A stretch of DNA of 64,000 nt from Candidatus Berkelbacteria bacterium (lineage in GTDB: Bacteria > Patescibacteriota > UBA1384 > JACPKC01), in assembly GCA_016187225.1 (NCBI GenBank), contig JACPKC010000006.1, positions 89,051-153,050 on the forward strand. The letters run 5' to 3'. A model generated the notes under the pieces. That model was not told where the DNA came from and made no database searches. It was given only the letters and a program-made list of their open reading frames with translations. Both the position numbers and the translations under genes were made by a program. Of the stretch, positions 62,288-64,000 are shown piece by piece (within the stretch, counting starts at the first letter, position 1; every line of letters starts with the position of its first letter).

Positions 62288-63124
62288 TCATAAGCCTGGG
62301 ATTAATTTAATAATATCGCGTTCAGTTGGCACATAATCTTCAGATTGCTCCGCGGGCACAGCAGATGGGAGGTCCGATTCAACTGACGCGGGCGCGGTTA
62401 TAACGCCGCTTTCAGCTGGATAGACTCGCTTCAAGTCAAATCTCACAATTAACCGATTAAGCGAGGTGCCAACCGGCACGCATGTCATGAGCGATAGAAT
62501 GGGTTTTTCAGTCGCATCCGTTACACTGACATCGGCTGGCTTGACAACCACCGAATCGCGCACCTCATAAACATAAACTTTATTTTCAAATTGAATTAAC
62601 GCCTGGTCGCCAGCCACTAATTTATCCAGCAAGGCGAAGACGGTTTTATATTTGCCCTTATCCCACCAGTAGTAACTCGAATGACCGGTGATAAAAACAT
62701 TGCCGGTTTCTTCATTTGGCAATGCCGTAAAACCATAGTGCGCAACGCCCGACTGGAGGTTTTCAAGCATAATTTTTTCATCCGAAGAGGAGCGCCAAAC
62801 GATCGGCGCCCGCGCCTTGATTTTAGGCACTAAAAGAATATTCTCTCCAAGCTCAAGCGTCTCAACTGTTGAGACTTGCTCTTTTGGAGTTTCCTCAAGA
62901 GGCGCCTTGGCAAACGTGGGCTGAGTTAGAGCGGCGCCAACAGCGGCTGAAAACGAATTGCCTTCAAGGTCGGTCGCGATCACACGTTCAGCAATATTGG
63001 GTGCGCCTCGATGCTCGCGCCAATATTGAAAACGTTTCCAATAGGTTGGCGCGGTTAGAACTGAATAAGCGACTAAACCGGCCGCCAAAAAAGTGAGAAA
63101 TGTTCGAAGAACAGCGCCATTCAC
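62288..63124 (-). CDS. sortase family transpeptidase
   Basis: LMTC active-site Cys motif and GHSSY His motif. N-terminal TM anchor. Confidence 0.7.
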   Translation of the reverse strand: MNGAVLRTFLTFLAAGLVAYSVLTAPTYWKRFQYWREHRGAPNIAERVIATDLEGNSFSAAVGAALTQPTFAKAPLEETPKEQVSTVETLELGENILLVPKIKARAPIVWRSSSDEKIMLENLQSGVAHYGFTALPNEETGNVFITGHSSYYWWDKGKYKTVFALLDKLVAGDQALIQFENKVYVYEVRDSVVVKPADVSVTDATEKPILSLMTCVPVGTSLNRLIVRFDLKRVYPAESGVITAPASVESDLPSAVPAEQSEDYVPTERDIIKLIPGL

Positions 63125-63126
63125 AT

Positions 63127-64000
63127 TTACGCACCTTGAATTTTATGGCGGCTGGCAAAAATCGTGACTGTGGCGGCGATCCAAAGGGCGATTAAACCAA
63201 TTAGCCACGCTGGATTGCCGGTTGAAACCAACGTCGTGGGCTTGGTGGCATCGGTCGCGGTCGTTGAGTTGGCAAGCGTTGCGTTTGTTCCCGGGGTTGT
63301 GCCATTGATAAGCACGGCGCTCGTTCCACCGCCAGCGCTCGTTCCACCACTAAGACTGGCTGGCGCAGTCACCGTGACACTTTGCCGTCCAAGGAGCGTT
63401 GCGCCACGCAAAGTCACATTATAAATACCAGGTCGACTGAAAGTGTGTTTTTGGGTTGATGGGCCTTTCGCAACGGGAACCGTGGCGCCATCGTCAAAAT
63501 CCCAGACCAAATTGGCTTCGGTGCCAGTATATGTCGCCGTCACTTCAAGCGGCGCGACTCCGCTCGTTGGCTCAACCTTAAAGACTCCGGGGGGCGGTGG
63601 CGGGGGTGTATTATCAGCAATCGTGAAGGCGGCGCTCCGAGTAATTTGGTCACAAGTCACAGTTAAAATATAGGCGCCGACCGGCACCTGGACGCCGGCT
63701 GTATTCTTTTGATCCCAGTTCCAGCTCCGCGTTTCCGCTGGCGAGAGAGTTGGATCATCAGCGGCGGCAATGGCTGGCTCAAAAATTTTAGTCTCGCCCT
63801 GCCTGACAACGTACGGATCTTTATTTGGGCAGGTTAAATCGGTTGTGCCTGTATTGGTAAATGTAAACGCGACCGTCTCGCCTGGCGCATAAACACTCTT
63901 TGAAGTGCTCAAAGTTGCATTCGGTGTCCCAGGTGGCGGTGGTGTCGCGCCCGACTCGTAATCCAGGATCAAACCGCCAAGCGAAGGTGTGGCAGTCGGA
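63127..64000 (-). CDS. PKD-domain cell-surface protein, probable sortase substrate (5' end beyond window)
   Basis: PKD-like repeat (WDFDDGA...HTFSRPGIYNVTL). C-terminal LVSTG-like motif, hydrophobic helix, and basic tail. Frame stays open to the window edge. Confidence 0.6.
   Translation of the reverse strand, partial: PTATPSLGGLILDYESGATPPPPGTPNATLSTSKSVYAPGETVAFTFTNTGTTDLTCPNKDPYVVRQGETKIFEPAIAAADDPTLSPAETRSWNWDQKNTAGVQVPVGAYILTVTCDQITRSAAFTIADNTPPPPPPGVFKVEPTSGVAPLEVTATYTGTEANLVWDFDDGATVPVAKGPSTQKHTFSRPGIYNVTLRGATLLGRQSVTVTAPASLSGGTSAGGGTSAVLINGTTPGTNATLANSTTATDATKPTTLVSTGNPAWLIGLIALWIAATVTIFASRHKIQGA

Noticed and set aside
1-64000. CRISPR arrays, rRNA genes, and transposase/IS elements
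   Set aside because: No regularly spaced direct repeats, rRNA-like conserved strings, or DDE/tyrosine recombinase ORFs were seen. The only recombinase trace is the weak resolvase-like start at 10348.

Overview
The window splits into two compositionally different parts. Bases 1 to about 10.5 kb are a mosaic accessory block, with several GC-rich genes that look out of place in the surrounding genome. It contains hypothetical genes, a GNAT acetyltransferase, a ~0.9 kb GC-rich ORF-poor segment dense in stem-loops (candidate structured RNA), and an integron-like cassette array without an integrase. That array has short imperfect inverted repeats that fit the attC core pattern (ATCCAAC ... GTTGAAT) separating small cassettes, two of which carry HicB-HicA toxin-antitoxin pairs. 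Bases 10.5 to 64 kb are lower-GC core genome with a Patescibacteria/CPR-like gene complement: rpsA, tRNA clusters, secG, comM, miaA, yvcK, folC, comEA, recG, ruvA, four GT4 glycosyltransferases, galT, ruvC, galE-like, yebC, a split comEC, grpE-dnaK-dnaJ, a copper homeostasis cluster (csoR, ccdA, copB), rplS, rpmA, dnaE, gdh, gltX, murJ, and a sortase with a PKD-domain substrate. Inside the core sits a ~4.6 kb island bounded by ~290-bp inverted repeats and abutting tRNA-Leu(TAG). It carries a C-protein / methyltransferase / restriction endonuclease operon co-transcribed with a tightly linked pair: a LexA-type DNA-binding membrane protein and a proteasome-beta-like Ntn hydrolase. That pair is the most likely undescribed system here. 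A 'CGAACGTGA'-containing motif, extended in several copies to TACGAACGTGAATTGTATA, is strongly over-represented in the core part, in both intergenic and coding positions. All calls come from reading the sequence and translated ORFs. No database search was run.
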